DNA of 63,834 nucleotides, the filler included, from Octopus bimaculoides (taxonomy: Eukaryota), in the NCBI RefSeq assembly GCF_001194135.2. It is 6 parts of 6 records of this genome, joined end to end, with 100 filler letters (N's around TTAATTAATTAA, not from the genome) between each part and the next. Parts side by side here need not be neighbours in the genome. Positions count along the whole stretch, not along the records: positions 48,492 to 56,675 come from NW_026306790.1; positions 56,776 to 62,269 come from NC_069005.1; positions 62,370 to 63,834 come from NC_068982.1; 3 more parts are not named here. One strand, written 5' to 3'. Under the pieces are notes generated by a model that worked only from the letters and a program-made list of their open reading frames with translations, did not search any database and was not told the origin of the DNA. Shown one piece after another: positions 49,978 to 63,433 of the stretch (position 1 is the first letter of the stretch; each line of letters begins with the position of its first letter). The position numbers were made by a program, and so were the translations under genes.

Positions 49978-52900
49978 AATTGCCTATAATTACATACAGA
50001 TGAAATTCCTTTATAGTGGTTACCATTATTATAAATTGTTTCATAACAAGTAACATTTGAATTAATTTGTCAGTATAATGAAATTTTTCTTCAATGTCTG
50101 GATACAAGCTTATTGGGAATATAGTTCTTTACAGTAAATATTTTAGTATAACAATTTAAAATTGATACACTTGCAACAATTTTTTCACCCTAAAATGAAA
50201 AATGTCCTATTTTATTCCACCAAGATACTTATAACTGGTGTAACATAAAATTGCACCCCAAAATTTGGAGTTATTCAAATATGAGCATGTACACATAATT
50301 TAGAAACCTTTCTGTCTGCTGTTTTTGAAAGCCTTGGTGAAGGAATTCTAAAACCATAATATCAGGACTAATTAATTACAATATTTTTTTAGGTAATATT
50401 CCTAGACTAAACATTTCTACAATAACAATCAGTAAAGTTAAACATGCAAGTAATACAGGCTATCTATTTGAAAATAAAGAATCTCTGATTCATTTTTATT
50501 AACATGGCTGATTCTTTGTCAACTTGACCATTGCATACTTTTGCACATACAAAGAACAAAGTAAATCAGATTGTTATTAAAACAAAGAGCAATGTTGTGA
50601 CTGTTTTCTTTTCATTATGATGAATAGAACAAATCAAATCAATTTGAAGATTCCTTCCAATTACATAATCAGAAATAATGGATACAATTGTAGATATTAT
50701 TTAATGCTAATAACATTGGGTCAGATTTTGAACAGATTTTTTTGAATGGTTTAATAGCTATTCTGAAGCAAAACTAGTTCTAGACGAAAATTTAAAGGTC
50801 ATTGCATGTTTGACATGTATAAACCTCTCTCATAATGACTTTCCCACCAAATAGAAATGGTTTTAGATGTTATTAATAACTCCTATAGAATAGACTCAGA
50901 ATTTCAAAAACAGCTTTGAGTCATAATGTTATGTTGTTTTAGTGTATTAAGTAGTACATAGAAGCTTTAACAAGAGAAAACACAATGTTCTCAAACCTAG
51001 AATCAATAATATTTCTTACAAAAGTACTCAAATAATTCTCTCACAGAAATTGTAATGCAATTGGGCCTTGGAAAGGCTTTTAAGAACATATGTCATAGGA
51101 AGTAAATAAGACTCAGATATAGCTCTGGTGTGCCAATCTTTATGTTAGTTAAGAGTATTGGGTATATTTCTCTGTCTTCACATATTTGGAAATATATAAA
51201 TTTTTAAAAATATGAAAGACTCAATAAATCATTGTTACATGGGGAAACAAAAGCTAGGCTGCCCAAAACTGCCTTATGGATTAAGGTTATTGAGAATAAA
51301 ATAAAATTCACAACGTGCTATTGAAGATTAAATAAATTATGAACAATGACAAACAACTTACACAATAAACCTGCAGGACTACTTCATAGTCAGTGAATAC
51401 AATATAAGAAAGGTTCTGTTTTAAGCAAACAAAAGTCAAGGTTGAAACTGTCAACTTATACCTTCAGGTAATTTGGTTCAATATTTCAACCAACATTTCA
51501 GATGCATTATTCTTATTTGTAGCAGGACTTACATCTCCCCTTATATGGCAAAACAATCAATTTTGACTGTGCTAATGGAAGAGTTAATGAAGACGACATA
51601 CTAACCAATAACTTAAGTCAAAATGCAGTACTAGTAATGATATTTATTGTTGTTAATAATAATGTGTTTGCCCGTGAGATCTCAGCAAACTAAGTCTCAA
51701 ACCCAGTTGCAACTGTGTTCTTTTTTATCACTAACGGTTCATGGAAAAGCAAAACCCTCCCCACTTTTTATTCACCCTTCTTGTAAAACATTGTTGCTAT
51801 TATTATTACTATTATTATAAAAGTGACAATAGTAACTTTTAATTTAGCACGGTGCTCTCTTTATATATTAAAATCAGTTTTTGTTTATTTTATATTGGAG
51901 ACTAGTTAATTAAATTAGTATATCAAAATTTATATATTAGAGCTATTTTTTATATACAAGACCAGTTCTTTAAATTAACCACAGTAAATCACTAGTAATT
52001 TTAAAAATCAAGTTCAGTGAAATGAGAAGCACAATTGATCTTATCATAATTTGAAATCAGGACAGTGAACAATAAAGCTTTCGCAACTACTCTCAACTAT
52101 GTTATTGAAACTACTATTATATTGTCAAACCTTACTATTTTACAAAAGTAACCTACTTTGTACTATACATCCACACATAACATTTATGAAATAAGAAAAA
52201 TGCCCAAGTGCATTTTTCCACTGAAACAATGTTTGGCAAATGAAATATATCTACAGTGTACTTATATTAAATCATAGCTGTTCAAAGTTTTATTTTAAAT
52301 CTCAATATTTTACAGCATTCAAATACTCTAATAAATAATTACACTAAACTACTTGCATCAAAATGAAAATTACACACCCTGGATTCCCCCTAATACTGTG
52401 GTATAAAACATTTTTGGAGAATAAACAGAATATGTCTATAAATGTCAGATTGTTAATTTAGAATCCAGTTAACATTTAAAAATGGTATTTATTTTATACT
52501 GAGAATTGGTTATCTATGACTTTAGAGGAAATAATAAACAGTAACCTTTAGTTGAACCGAACAAAGCAGATAAAAGTAGGCTATGCAAAAGATAATGTGG
52601 GGATGTTCTCATAAACTGTAAGTTCCACTCATATGTCAGGTCGCATCAAAAATCATTTTAAAATGTTCTGAGTAACAACATTTTATATTTCCAGTTAGCT
52701 ATTGGAGTATAATTTCAAATATTGAGTTTCGAAGCCAGAGTTGATTTTCTACACTTGTTTGAATATTTCAGTCTGAAATACCTTTACATATTTCAATGTA
52801 ACCATTCAAGCTTGAAATGCAAACATTTCAACATAACCTTTTAAGTTATGATGACTATACTGTGAAACATATATTCAATATTGCATTCAGTAACACACCT

Positions 52901-54016
52901 AGAAGTTCTTTGTCTCACAATCAAGAAATATCTATCTTTTCAGTTTTGACAACAATTGAGTTGGTTATTTGTTGAATTGTTGTTTGTTTGATATTTTGTC
53001 ATATAACATATTGTGAAGTTATTCAGTAACTAGTCAAAAATCCAGAATTTAAGGAGAAACAATATTGTAATCTCCAGCATTTTTAGTTATAATGATTTAT
53101 GAAAGATCATTGAACTGAAAGCATACCAAACAGAAAACTATTACACATCTGTTATAACCTAATTTATTGCCTTATGAAAATTTAACAATAAACTAGGGGC
53201 AGATTTTACAGCTTGTAAAATATCAGTCTAACTCTGTTACGCATTTTCCTAATATAAAGAATAAATAAATGGTAAAAATTTCAATAAAACAAGTGAGTTT
53301 TTGAAACTATCAAGTAAAAATTAATTGTATTTAGCATTTTGTGAACTTCAAATATAAAGTGTATCTAGATATGTAGGTAGGTTTATTTCACCAGCCAGTC
53401 TGCCTACCTGAATCTTTCCTAAATGTTAAATGATTTTGGTTCTTTATTACAATGATATCATCTGGAGATGAGTGGGATTTAGTTTGTAAAATAAGAGCTG
53501 TAAAAATTGTCATAAGACGAATAGTAGATTTAATCTGAAAGTATCAGAAATTAGGTCATAAATAAACATCATAGAAAGTCTGAGTATAATGAAAATGATC
53601 TCTTCTGCAAAATGCAGTAACTGATGAACAGTGACAATCAAGACTACAATTTAATGCTGCTATTATTGTAACTCAGAGAAGACTTGAAATTAACTTAATG
53701 TGAGGTTCACTGTGAATAGACTAGTTGCAGATAAACTAGAGATATTTAGTAAACAAGAGGTGCTATCCTACAACAAAATGCTGCCAGACAAGTAACATGT
53801 AGACCTTATGAAATCTCACAATGATATCAGGCCAAGCAAAATGCTCAAAGAGTAAGATAAAAAACGGAGGCTAAACCTAGGATATAAGCAGTGGTAGAGA
53901 GCTATCCTCAACTATAATCCTGGACATAATTGTACCTGTGGAAAAGTAGTTTCTACAGGCACCACGGTGGAAGCAGATAATCTACAGGGAATGAATTAGT
54001 AGGGGGTCAGTATATA

Positions 54017-54052
<36 letters not shown>

Positions 54053-54715
54053 GGTGGTGAGCTGGCAGGTAAAATGCTTAGCAGCATTTCATCCATCTTT
54101 ATGTTCTCAGTTCAATTTCCACTGAGACTGACTTTGCTTTTCATCCTTTCAGGATCAATAAAATAAGTACCAGTTGAACACTGCGAATGATATAATCCAC
54201 TTACTCCCTACCCTAAAATTGCTGGCCTTGTGCCTTTAGCAGAAAGGATTATTATTATTATTATTATTAAGGCAAGTTGGCAGAATCCTTAACATACCAG
54301 ACAAAATGTTTAGTAGCATTTTGTCTGTCTTTATGTTTTGGGTTCACATTCCACTGAGGTCGGCTTTGCCTTTTATCCTTTTGGATTCAATAAAATAAGC
54401 ACTGGAGTTGATGTGATTGACTAGCCCTATCCTACAAGATTTCAGCCTTTGTGCCTATAGTAGAAATGATTATTATTATTTGGATGACATACTTGCAGAA
54501 TCCTTAGAGCATTGGGCAACAATGCCACTAGATATTTCTTCCTACTCTTTACATTCTGAGTTTACATTCTATTGGGCTTAACTTTGCCATTCATATTTTT
54601 GTGGTTGGTAAGATTAGTACCAGCTGAACACTAGAGTCAATGTAATCGACTATCCCCTCCCTCAAAATTTCAGGTCTGGTGCCTACAGCAGAAAGGATTA
54701 TTATCATTATTATTA
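54053..54715 (+). mobile_element. Three head-to-tail CpG-decayed SINE family C copies separated by (TTA)n
   Basis: Copies at ~54053-54248, 54271-54468 and 54482-54706, each ending AGAAAGGATTATTATT or similar. Confidence 0.8.
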
Positions 54716-54882
54716 ATGTTAATATTAATGTCTTATGACACCAAGTTAATGCTACTAAATCGTTTCATAAGACAATCATATCATATAAATGATAATATAT
54801 CCACTCTATTGCTTAATATATGAATGGTACAATCCCATGATCATTCATGACTGAACGAGGTCATTACCTTACCTTTACCTTG

Positions 54883-54915
<33 letters not shown>

Positions 54916-55127
54916 TTCCTGTGATGATTCGAGAAGCAGTGATGAGTGACAATTCTGTAAATAATAATATTTTATACACCTTAAGCTTATAAAATATAAT
55001 TTACAGAAAATATGCACATATATGCACATACCTGTATGTATATATGCATATACTCATTTACTATTTGTTTATATATATATATATATGTATATACATATAG
55101 GAGGAAGAGTTGGCACATATATATATA

Positions 55128-55158
<31 letters not shown>

Positions 55159-55894
55159 ATATATATGGCAGCTCTTCCTCCTGCCACCTCTCCTGTAATT
55201 CACAATATGTCATAACTTTTCTGACACAAACCACCATAAATTGTCAAAACTTCCTACATTAAGAAACAACACATTGAACAGTATAGTTATGTGTATGTGT
55301 GTGTGTATGTGTGGGTGTGAGTATGTGTATGATATATATATATATTATATATAAATGTATGCACACACACACACACACACACCCACACACACACGTATGT
55401 GTGGATGTAAATAAAGGTATGAGATAATATACGTATTACTCAAACTAGCAACAGTAGAAACACCTGCTTGATAACATTTCTGTTAGTATAACAAAAAGTG
55501 TAAGTATGCTTAGATGAATAACAGGAGTGGCAAAAAGTATTTATTGGACTATCCTAGTTCAGAACATTTTGTATAAAAATAAATGAAGCGCAATGTCTCC
55601 TTTATAAATTCAAATAGCTATACAGGCTCCCCAATACAAGATTATATCTGTTTTAGATAATTCAGAATCAGACTTGAATTTTTCTACTGTCAAGAATTTA
55701 TTTTCTATTATAGCTTTAAGCCACCCAGCCTTGTGAGTTAATTTGCTACAAAGAAAGTGTATTGAAGCTTGTTGTATATATGTATATATAGAGAAAGGTC
55801 ACTAAAGTGACAGAGGGTGCTAATTAGTACACACTCTCACTTTAGGGACATCTATTAATTTGCCTTTAGGTTGTTAAATTGCTAATAAGCTACC

Positions 55895-55947
<53 letters not shown>

Positions 55948-55964
55948 GATGTATGTATGTACGT

Positions 55965-55995
<31 letters not shown>

Positions 55996-55998
<3 letters not shown>

Positions 55999-56675
55999 TC
56001 ATCATCATCATCATCATCATCATTTAACACTTTCCATGCCAGCATGGGTTGGACGATTTGACTGAGGACTGGTGAACCAGATGGCTACACCAGGCTCCAA
56101 TCTGATTTGGCAGAGCTTCTACAGCTGGATGCCCTTCCTAATGCCAACCACTCCAAGAGTGTAGTGGGTGCTTTTACGTGCCACCGGCACGAAGGCCAGT
56201 TGGGCAGCACTGGCAACAGCCATGCTCAAAATGATATATTTTACATGCCACCTGCACAGGAGCCAGTCCAGCAGCACTGGCAACGATCTCGCTCGAATGT
56301 CTTTACACGTGCAACAAACACAAGTGCCAGGAAGGCGACGCTGGGCACAGGGGCCATCACAATTTCACTTTCACTTGCCCCAACAGGTCTTTGCAAGCTG
56401 AATTTCGTGTCCAATGAAGGAGACGATGTTGGCATGGGTGCCAGTCGTCGAATTTAGTTCGATTTCGATTTCACTTGCCTCAACAGATCTTCGCAAGCGG
56501 AGTTTAGTGTCCAATGTAGGAAAGGTACAAATAAGTGGGCTGGCTACACCCCTGGCAGAGGCCTTGGATTTAGGTCTCACTTGGCTTGTTGGGTCTTCTT
56601 ACGCACAGCATATTTCCAAAGGTCTCGGTCAGAAGTCATTGCCTCGGTGAGGCCCAATGTTCGATGGTCTTGCTT
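55996..56675 (-). mobile_element. Retroposon-like repeat family E with (ATG)n tail
   Basis: Minus strand ends GGTTGGCATTAGGAAGGGCATCCAGCTGTAGAA...GTGTTAAATGATGATG; internal ~55-bp direct repeat at 56365 and 56468. Confidence 0.65.
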
Positions 56676-56775
56676 NNNNNNNNNNNNNNNNNNNNNNNNN
56701 NNNNNNNNNNNNNNNNNNNTTAATTAATTAANNNNNNNNNNNNNNNNNNNNNNNNNNNNNNNNNNNNNNNNNNNN

Positions 56776-57813
56776 GCAAACGATCTAGATGACCACTCGG
56801 AAGAGACGGTCGAACGGGTTCGCCAAAAACTCTTGCGAAGTCCCAAGAAGTCCATATGAAGAACAAGTCTGGAAACCTAGATTCCTAATACGAGGAAACG
56901 CTTGCTAATGAAATTCTACAAGCTGCAGCTCGTTCAGGCCATAACGGCAGATGACAAGCCAAACCACAAACAATTCTGTGTTGATATGCAAGAGAAACCT
57001 GAAGATGCCGAGTTCAAGGAACGTCTTGTTTTCAGTGATGAGTCCACATTTCATACGAATGGCAAAGTCAATAAGAATAATGTTCGCATTTGGGGCGAAG
57101 AAAATCCCCATGCCACAGTTGAGCATGAGAGGGACTCACCAAAAGTGAATGTGTTCTGCGCCATCTCCAAGAAACTTCTTCATGGCCCGTTCTTCTTCGA
57201 GTGAAATGTAACCGACGATGTTTATCTGCAAATGCTTCAGAACTGGCAAATGGATGAGCTTATTGCAAATGAACATGAAGACTTCATTTTCAACAGGACG
57301 CGGCTCCACCTCACTTGAAGCTCGCTGTGTCGGCTTATCTCAATGACAATCTGCGAGGCAGATGGATCGAGCGTGCTGGTGATGAAGACAATGTGCTGTT
57401 GAAATGGCCGCCACGTCCACCTGACCTGACACCTTGCGATTTTTTTCTCTGGGGCTATGTGATGGGCATGGTCTATGTCCCCCGTCATCCTGCAAGCCTA
57501 GAGGAACTCGAGCAGAGAATCACTACCGCACTGGAGACTGTTACCCACGACATGCTGCTGCAGCGTGTGTGGCAGGAGCTGGACTATCGAATTGACGTGT
57601 GCCGTGGATCAGGTGGTCCGCAGATTGAACATTTGTGAAGTCGTTCATGGAATCCACATTCCTTTGAATTTCTCATTCAAACTTGAAGGAATAAATGTTA
57701 CGTTCCTCAACATTAAACCTGTTTAGTTTCACTTGCTTTGACTATGTAGTTTCTGTGATATTCACGTCTCAAATGATGTCAAATATTTTGAAATACTCTG
57801 TAAACACTCTGTA
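56776..57813 (+). mobile_element. Decayed Tc1/mariner-superfamily transposon (rosa/DD41D-like)
   Basis: FSDESTFH, QQDAAPPH and WPPRPPDLTPCDFFLWG motifs; stop at 57202, frameshift ~57290; 3' TIR ...ACTCTG-TA. Confidence 0.9.
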
Positions 57814-58100
57814 TATATNNNNNNNNNNNNNNNNNNNNNNNNNNNNNNNNNNNNNNNNNNNNNNNNNNNNNNNNNNNNNNNNNNNNNNNNNNNNNNNNNN
57901 NNNNNNNNNNNNNNNNNNNNNNNNNNNNNNNNNNNNNNNNNNNNNNNNNNNNNNNNNNNNNNNNNNNNNNNNNNNNNNNNNNNNNNNNNNNNNNNNNNNN
58001 NNNNNNNNNNNNNNNNNNNNNNNNNNNNNNNNNNNNNNNNNNNNNNNNNNNNNNNNNNNNNNNNNNNNNNNNNNNNNNNNNNNNNNNNNNNNNNNNNNNN

Positions 58101-58132
<32 letters not shown>

Positions 58133-58870
58133 TCATACATACATATATACATATGTATATTCTATACCCTACATATTAAATACTTTTTTATTTGACACTG
58201 AAAACTATAATGTCTTACAACGTATATTCACACGCTTACGCATACACACACATACACACACGCATACACATACACACATACACGCGCGCACGCACACACA
58301 CAATACCTACGCATAAATCCTTCTCCATACATATTTACAATGCTCCAGATAATTCAAAATGTTACTAATAACTATATCTATGACAACCACTTGTATAGAG
58401 TCAGAGAAAAACTAAGAAAATTAAGAATTCTGATCTGTCTAATCTCTTGTCTGATCTGCAATAAACCGTATGTTTAAATGTTCCTAAGGATTATTTATAT
58501 TTCTCTATGATTAATCCTAAATCTTTAAATGGTATTTAATTATACAAATTATTTTTGTCAGATGCAATTAGCTGACGTCAAAGTTTGGCAGAGACAGGTA
58601 ATGATATGTTATGGCTCCTGGTCGCATGCTGTCGTTTTGAATTCACATCTCGCCAAGGTAGGCATGAGTTCTGTATTTCGTGTCTTCGGCTCCGAAATAT
58701 TGAAGTACCAAGGGTCGATAGAAGTAGATGGTTTTCAATTCTTACAAATAGGAAAGAAAATGTATGAAGCATTGGCCAGTTCCAAACGTATGGAATTTTT
58801 AAAATTTAATATTATAGCTAAGTAACATTCTGTGAACGGCAATATGAACGCTACGTTACACGCATTCATA

Positions 58871-58930
<60 letters not shown>

Positions 58931-60009
58931 GTGTGTGCGTGCGTGCGTGCGTGTTGTTGTGTGTGTGCTTGTGTATGTGTTNNNNNNNNNNNNNNNNNNN
59001 NNNNNNNNNNNNNNNNNNNNNNNNNNNNNNNNNNNNNNNNNNNNNNNNNNNNNNNNNNNNNNNNNNNNNNNNNNNNNNNNNNNNNNNNNNNNNNNNNNNN
59101 NNNNNNNNNNNNNNNNNNNNNNNNNNNNNNNNNNNNNNNNNNNNNNNNNNNNNNNNNNNNNNNNNNNNNNNNNNNNNNNNNNNNNNNNNNNNNNNNNNNN
59201 NNNNNNNNNNNNNNNNNNNNNNNNNNNNNNNNNNNNNNNNNNNNNNNNNNNNNNNNNNNNNNNNNNNNNNNNNNNNNNNNNNNNNNNNNNNNNNNNNNNN
59301 NNNNNNNNNNNNNNNNNNNNNNNNNNNNNNNNNNNNNNNNNNNNNNNNNNNNNNNNNNNNNNNNNNNNNNNNNNNNNNNNNNNNNNNNNNNNNNNNNNNN
59401 NNNNNNNNNNNNNNNNNNNNNNNNNNNNNNNNNNNNNNNNNNNNNNNNNNNNNNNNNNNNNNNNNNNNNNNNNNNNNNNNNNNNNNNNNNNNNNNNNNNN
59501 NNNNNNNNNNNNNNNNNNNNNNNNNNNNNNNNNNNNNNNNNNNNNNNNNNNNNNNNNNNNNNNNNNNNNNNNNNNNNNNNNNNNNNNNNNNNNNNNNNNN
59601 NNNNNNNNNNNNNNNNNNNNNNNNNNNNNNNNNNNNNNNNNNNNNNNNNNNNNNNNNNNNNNNNNNNNNNNNNNNNNNNNNNNNNNNNNNNNNNNNNNNN
59701 NNNNNNNNNNNNNNNNNNNNNNNNNNNNNNNNNNNNNNNNNNNNNNNNNNNNNNNNNNNNNNNNNNNNNNNNNNNNNNNNNNNNNNNNNNNNNNNNNNNN
59801 NNNNNTATATATTGCGGCAAGTGAGGAAGTGCGATGATTATTGTATCGTTCAGGCAGAAACTTGAAGTTCTGAATGTAAGTCTCCATAACTTATCATCTA
59901 ATAGATATTGTCCTCTATTTCTAACGACATTGTGGGTTACTTCTTTTGTCGTCACAAGCAGTTTGTCATATGTATGCATGCTGTGTGTGTCTGTATGTAT
60001 GTATGTCAT

Positions 60010-60107
60010 CATTTAGTTTTATTTTCAAATTTCTTGCCAATTGAGAAAGAACTGGTTTCTAACCTAGATCCAAACTCCTTCATTGGAATTTCAACAACAT
60101 CAACAGC
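60010..60107 (-). repeat. Second copy of the 12335-12435 hammerhead-like module
   Basis: GAACTGGTTTCTAACCTAGATCCAA..CCTTCATTGGAATTTCAACA matches 12375-12422. Confidence 0.7.
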
Positions 60108-60984
60108 ACATATTTGTATGTATGCATACGGGCAGATTTTGTATGTTTTGTTTTATGTATGTTTTCTCATGCATATAGTTGCATATCTAGACAGGCTCAT
60201 ATATACTTAAATGATAAACTTCAAGAAAGTTTTACAGATTGTTACTGTTCCAGTGATGGCTTAGATCTGTAATCTTCGAATTAGCTTACTCCTTTCTAGT
60301 TTTGAGAAGCGTAATTCCTCAAGATTGGTATTTAGGCAGTGTATTACGTATCCCAGTGTCTCAATAATTACAGGTATAAACTTGAACTTGTAGTTTTGTT
60401 AGAGTAACTGCAGATTTCTCAATAATTCAGCGTAGATACTCTCTTTTTTTTCTCGCTGATCTTTATCTTTATGTTAACATCTGCAAGGGAGCTGAGTTCC
60501 ACAACTGAACCCAACATGTATGTATGTATGTATGCATGTATGTATGTATGTATGTATATATGTATGCATGTATGCATGTATGTATGTATGTATGTATGTA
60601 TGTATGTATGTGTGTGTGTCTTCTCTCCTTAAATTTAGAGGAAATTTCGACCGTTTCACACACTTGATAACAAGGTTGAAGGAAAGTAACTTCTTTTAAC
60701 CAACACCCTTCAAATCTTAAGAAGGCCTTGCAGATCTTTATTGTATTAGATACCGTAACCATTTGTTGCGTATCAATCAAGGATTTGCGTGATCACCCCA
60801 TGATCCCAAGTTCAGCCACACTTTGCTCCAGACGGATTAATATTTATCCTGTTACTCCAAATCTGTGTGTATAAATTAAGTGTGTGTGCGTATGTGCATG
60901 TGTGTCTGTGTATATGCTTGCGTTGTGCGCGCGCGTGCGTACGAGTGGGAGAGTGTGGAGTGTGCGCGTGCACAAGTGCGTGTG

Positions 60985-61425
60985 TCTTTGTCCCCAATCA
61001 CTACTTGACGACTGGTTCGGCAAAAAGAGAACCGATAGAATAAGTCCCAGGATTTATCAACATAAAATAAATACTGGGGTCGATTTGTTCGACTAAACCA
61101 GTGGTTCTTAACCAGGGTCCACATCACCCTTGCTGGGGGGGTCTATCTAAGATTTTGTTGTTAAAATTTATTCGCAGTAAAATCGGTTGTTCTTCTGCAA
61201 TAGACAAAATATTTTAACAATTTGTCAATGCACTTCTTAACAATATTCAATTATAAAAAATTTAATAGAATTTTGTAAACATCGAATGGCTATGGGTGTT
61301 CACCAGCGTAAAATAAAAATTAAAGGGGTCCACAAATTAAAAATTGATTGAGAACCACTGGGCTAAACCCTCCAAGGCGATACTCCACCATGGCTGCAGT
61401 CTCATGAGTGAAACAAGTAAGAGGT
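60985..61425 (+). mobile_element. SINE family A-like tail interrupted by a hAT MITE
   Basis: GGTTCGGCAAAAAGAGAACCGATAGAATAAGT...GTCGATTTGTTCGACTAAAC | CCTCCAAGGCGATACTCCACCATGG. Confidence 0.7.
61099..61360. mobile_element. hAT-type MITE, 262 bp
   Basis: TIRs CAGTGGTTCT / AGAACCACTG; 8-bp target duplication GACTAAAC / GGCTAAAC. Confidence 0.9.
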
Positions 61426-61715
61426 GCAATATAATAAAATTTTCGTCAGACATCATGTCTTTAATGTCCGACATCGTAATCAGCATGTATTACTCCGCCC
61501 ACTTTCTCCACATTACGCAGACGATCTCTTTAGCAGCCGACATTAGTACTGCTTTAATGGGGCACTATTTCCTATCACAGTTACATTATGCCATTCGCAC
61601 TCCATTTCGAAATATATGTATTACTGTTAATTATTTGGTAATATCAACATCAATATATGTAATCATGTGTGCATGTGACAGAGGTGTTTATGTGCATGTG
61701 CATGTATCCGTCTAA

Positions 61716-61759
<44 letters not shown>

Positions 61760-62236
61760 NNNNNNNNNNNNNNNNNNNNNNNNNNNNNNNNNNNNNNNNN
61801 NNNNNNNNNNNNNNNNNNNNNNNNNNNNNNNNNNNNNNNNNNNNNNNNNNNNNNNNNNNNNNNNNNNNNNNNNNNNNNNNNNNNNNNNNNNNNNNNNNNN
61901 NNNNNNNNNNNNNNNNNNNNNNNNNNNNNNNNNNNNNNNNNNNNNNNNNNNNNNNNNNNNNNNNNNNNNNNNNNNNNNNNNNNNNNNCACACATATATAT
62001 ATATGTATATATATATATAAATATATATATATATACATATATACATACATATATATATATATACATATATACACAAATATATATATGTATGTGTGTGTTT
62101 GCCTCTGTATGGATAAATGTATGAATAAACACACAAACACGCACACACGCACACACACACACATACATGCATAATACACTTATACATACAAACATACATA
62201 CATACATGCATACATACATACATATATATACATATA

Positions 62237-62269
<33 letters not shown>

Positions 62270-62369
62270 NNNNNNNNNNNNNNNNNNNNNNNNNNNNNNN
62301 NNNNNNNNNNNNNTTAATTAATTAANNNNNNNNNNNNNNNNNNNNNNNNNNNNNNNNNNNNNNNNNNNN

Positions 62370-62751
62370 GCACAATGGCCCAGTGGTTAGGGCAGCGGAC
62401 TCGCGGTCATAGGATCGCGGTTTCGATTCCCAGACTGGGCGTTGTGAGTGTTTATTGAGCGAAATCACCTAAAGCTCCACGAGGCTCCGGCAGGGGATGG
62501 TGGCGAACCCTGCTGTACTCTTCCACCACAACTTTCTCTCACTCTTATTTACTGTTTCTGTTGTGCCTGTAATTCAAAGGGTCAGCCTTGTCACACTGTG
62601 TCATGCTGAATATCCCCGAGAACTACGTTAAGGGTACACGTGTCTGTGGAGTGCTCAGCCACTTGCACGTTAATTTCATGAGCAGGCTGTTCCGTTGATA
62701 GGATTGACTGGAACCCTTGACGTCATAAGCGACGGAGAGCCAACAACAACA
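62370..62751 (+). mobile_element. SINE family B, near full length, (AAC)n tail
   Basis: A-box TGGCCCAGTGGTTAGG, B-box GTTTCGATTCC, tail GACGGAGAGCCAACAACAAC. Confidence 0.9.
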
Positions 62752-63433
62752 AAGCCCAATTTGCCAAGCTTTCTTCATCATGCCAGTAATATGCAGGGAT
62801 TTTACAAATGTTGAACAAACATTGGACAGGGGTTGGACAATGACTGAGCCCCAAAGCTTCATCAGAGAGATTGTAATGTTATGAATCTAACATATGAGGA
62901 AGTAAGGTAAAATAATAAAATAAAATGAAATAATAACATAATAGAAACAGTAAGGAATGGTAAAAACATCAATTCCAAGGTTATATCCATAATCCATGGG
63001 ATTACATCTTATGGTAAAGAAAGTCACTTTCAGGAATAATTTCCACAGGTTATAAGAGTTACATCCTATTTCAATTTTACTGGGGGAAATAGCGAGGGTA
63101 AGATGTTGTGGAGTGAGTTTAATGGGATGATCCATATCACAGGGGTCAAAAGTTAGAGACTAACAGCTATGTAATAGAGCATCATAAAAAGAAGTGAGAA
63201 AGTTAACTAATGTGAACTTGTTTGGCGAAATCAATACATAAGTATATCAATGAAAGAATAATTTGGGTAAAATCTTAGTGCGATATTATTACTTATTAAC
63301 AAGAACCACATCCTAATATCCCATGGTGTGACTAAAGCAAGATTTTCTCTGTCTGTCTCCTTAAGTTCTTGGAGATTTTAGGTACAATTATACTGTGTCC
63401 ATCTGTTCTAATTTAATTACATTCTATGTCTCT

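Noticed and set aside
58529-58825. 98-aa plus-strand ORF with two in-frame GT donors
   Set aside because: No recognisable domain, and it overlaps the alternative minus-strand exon candidate; the two cannot be distinguished without RNA data.
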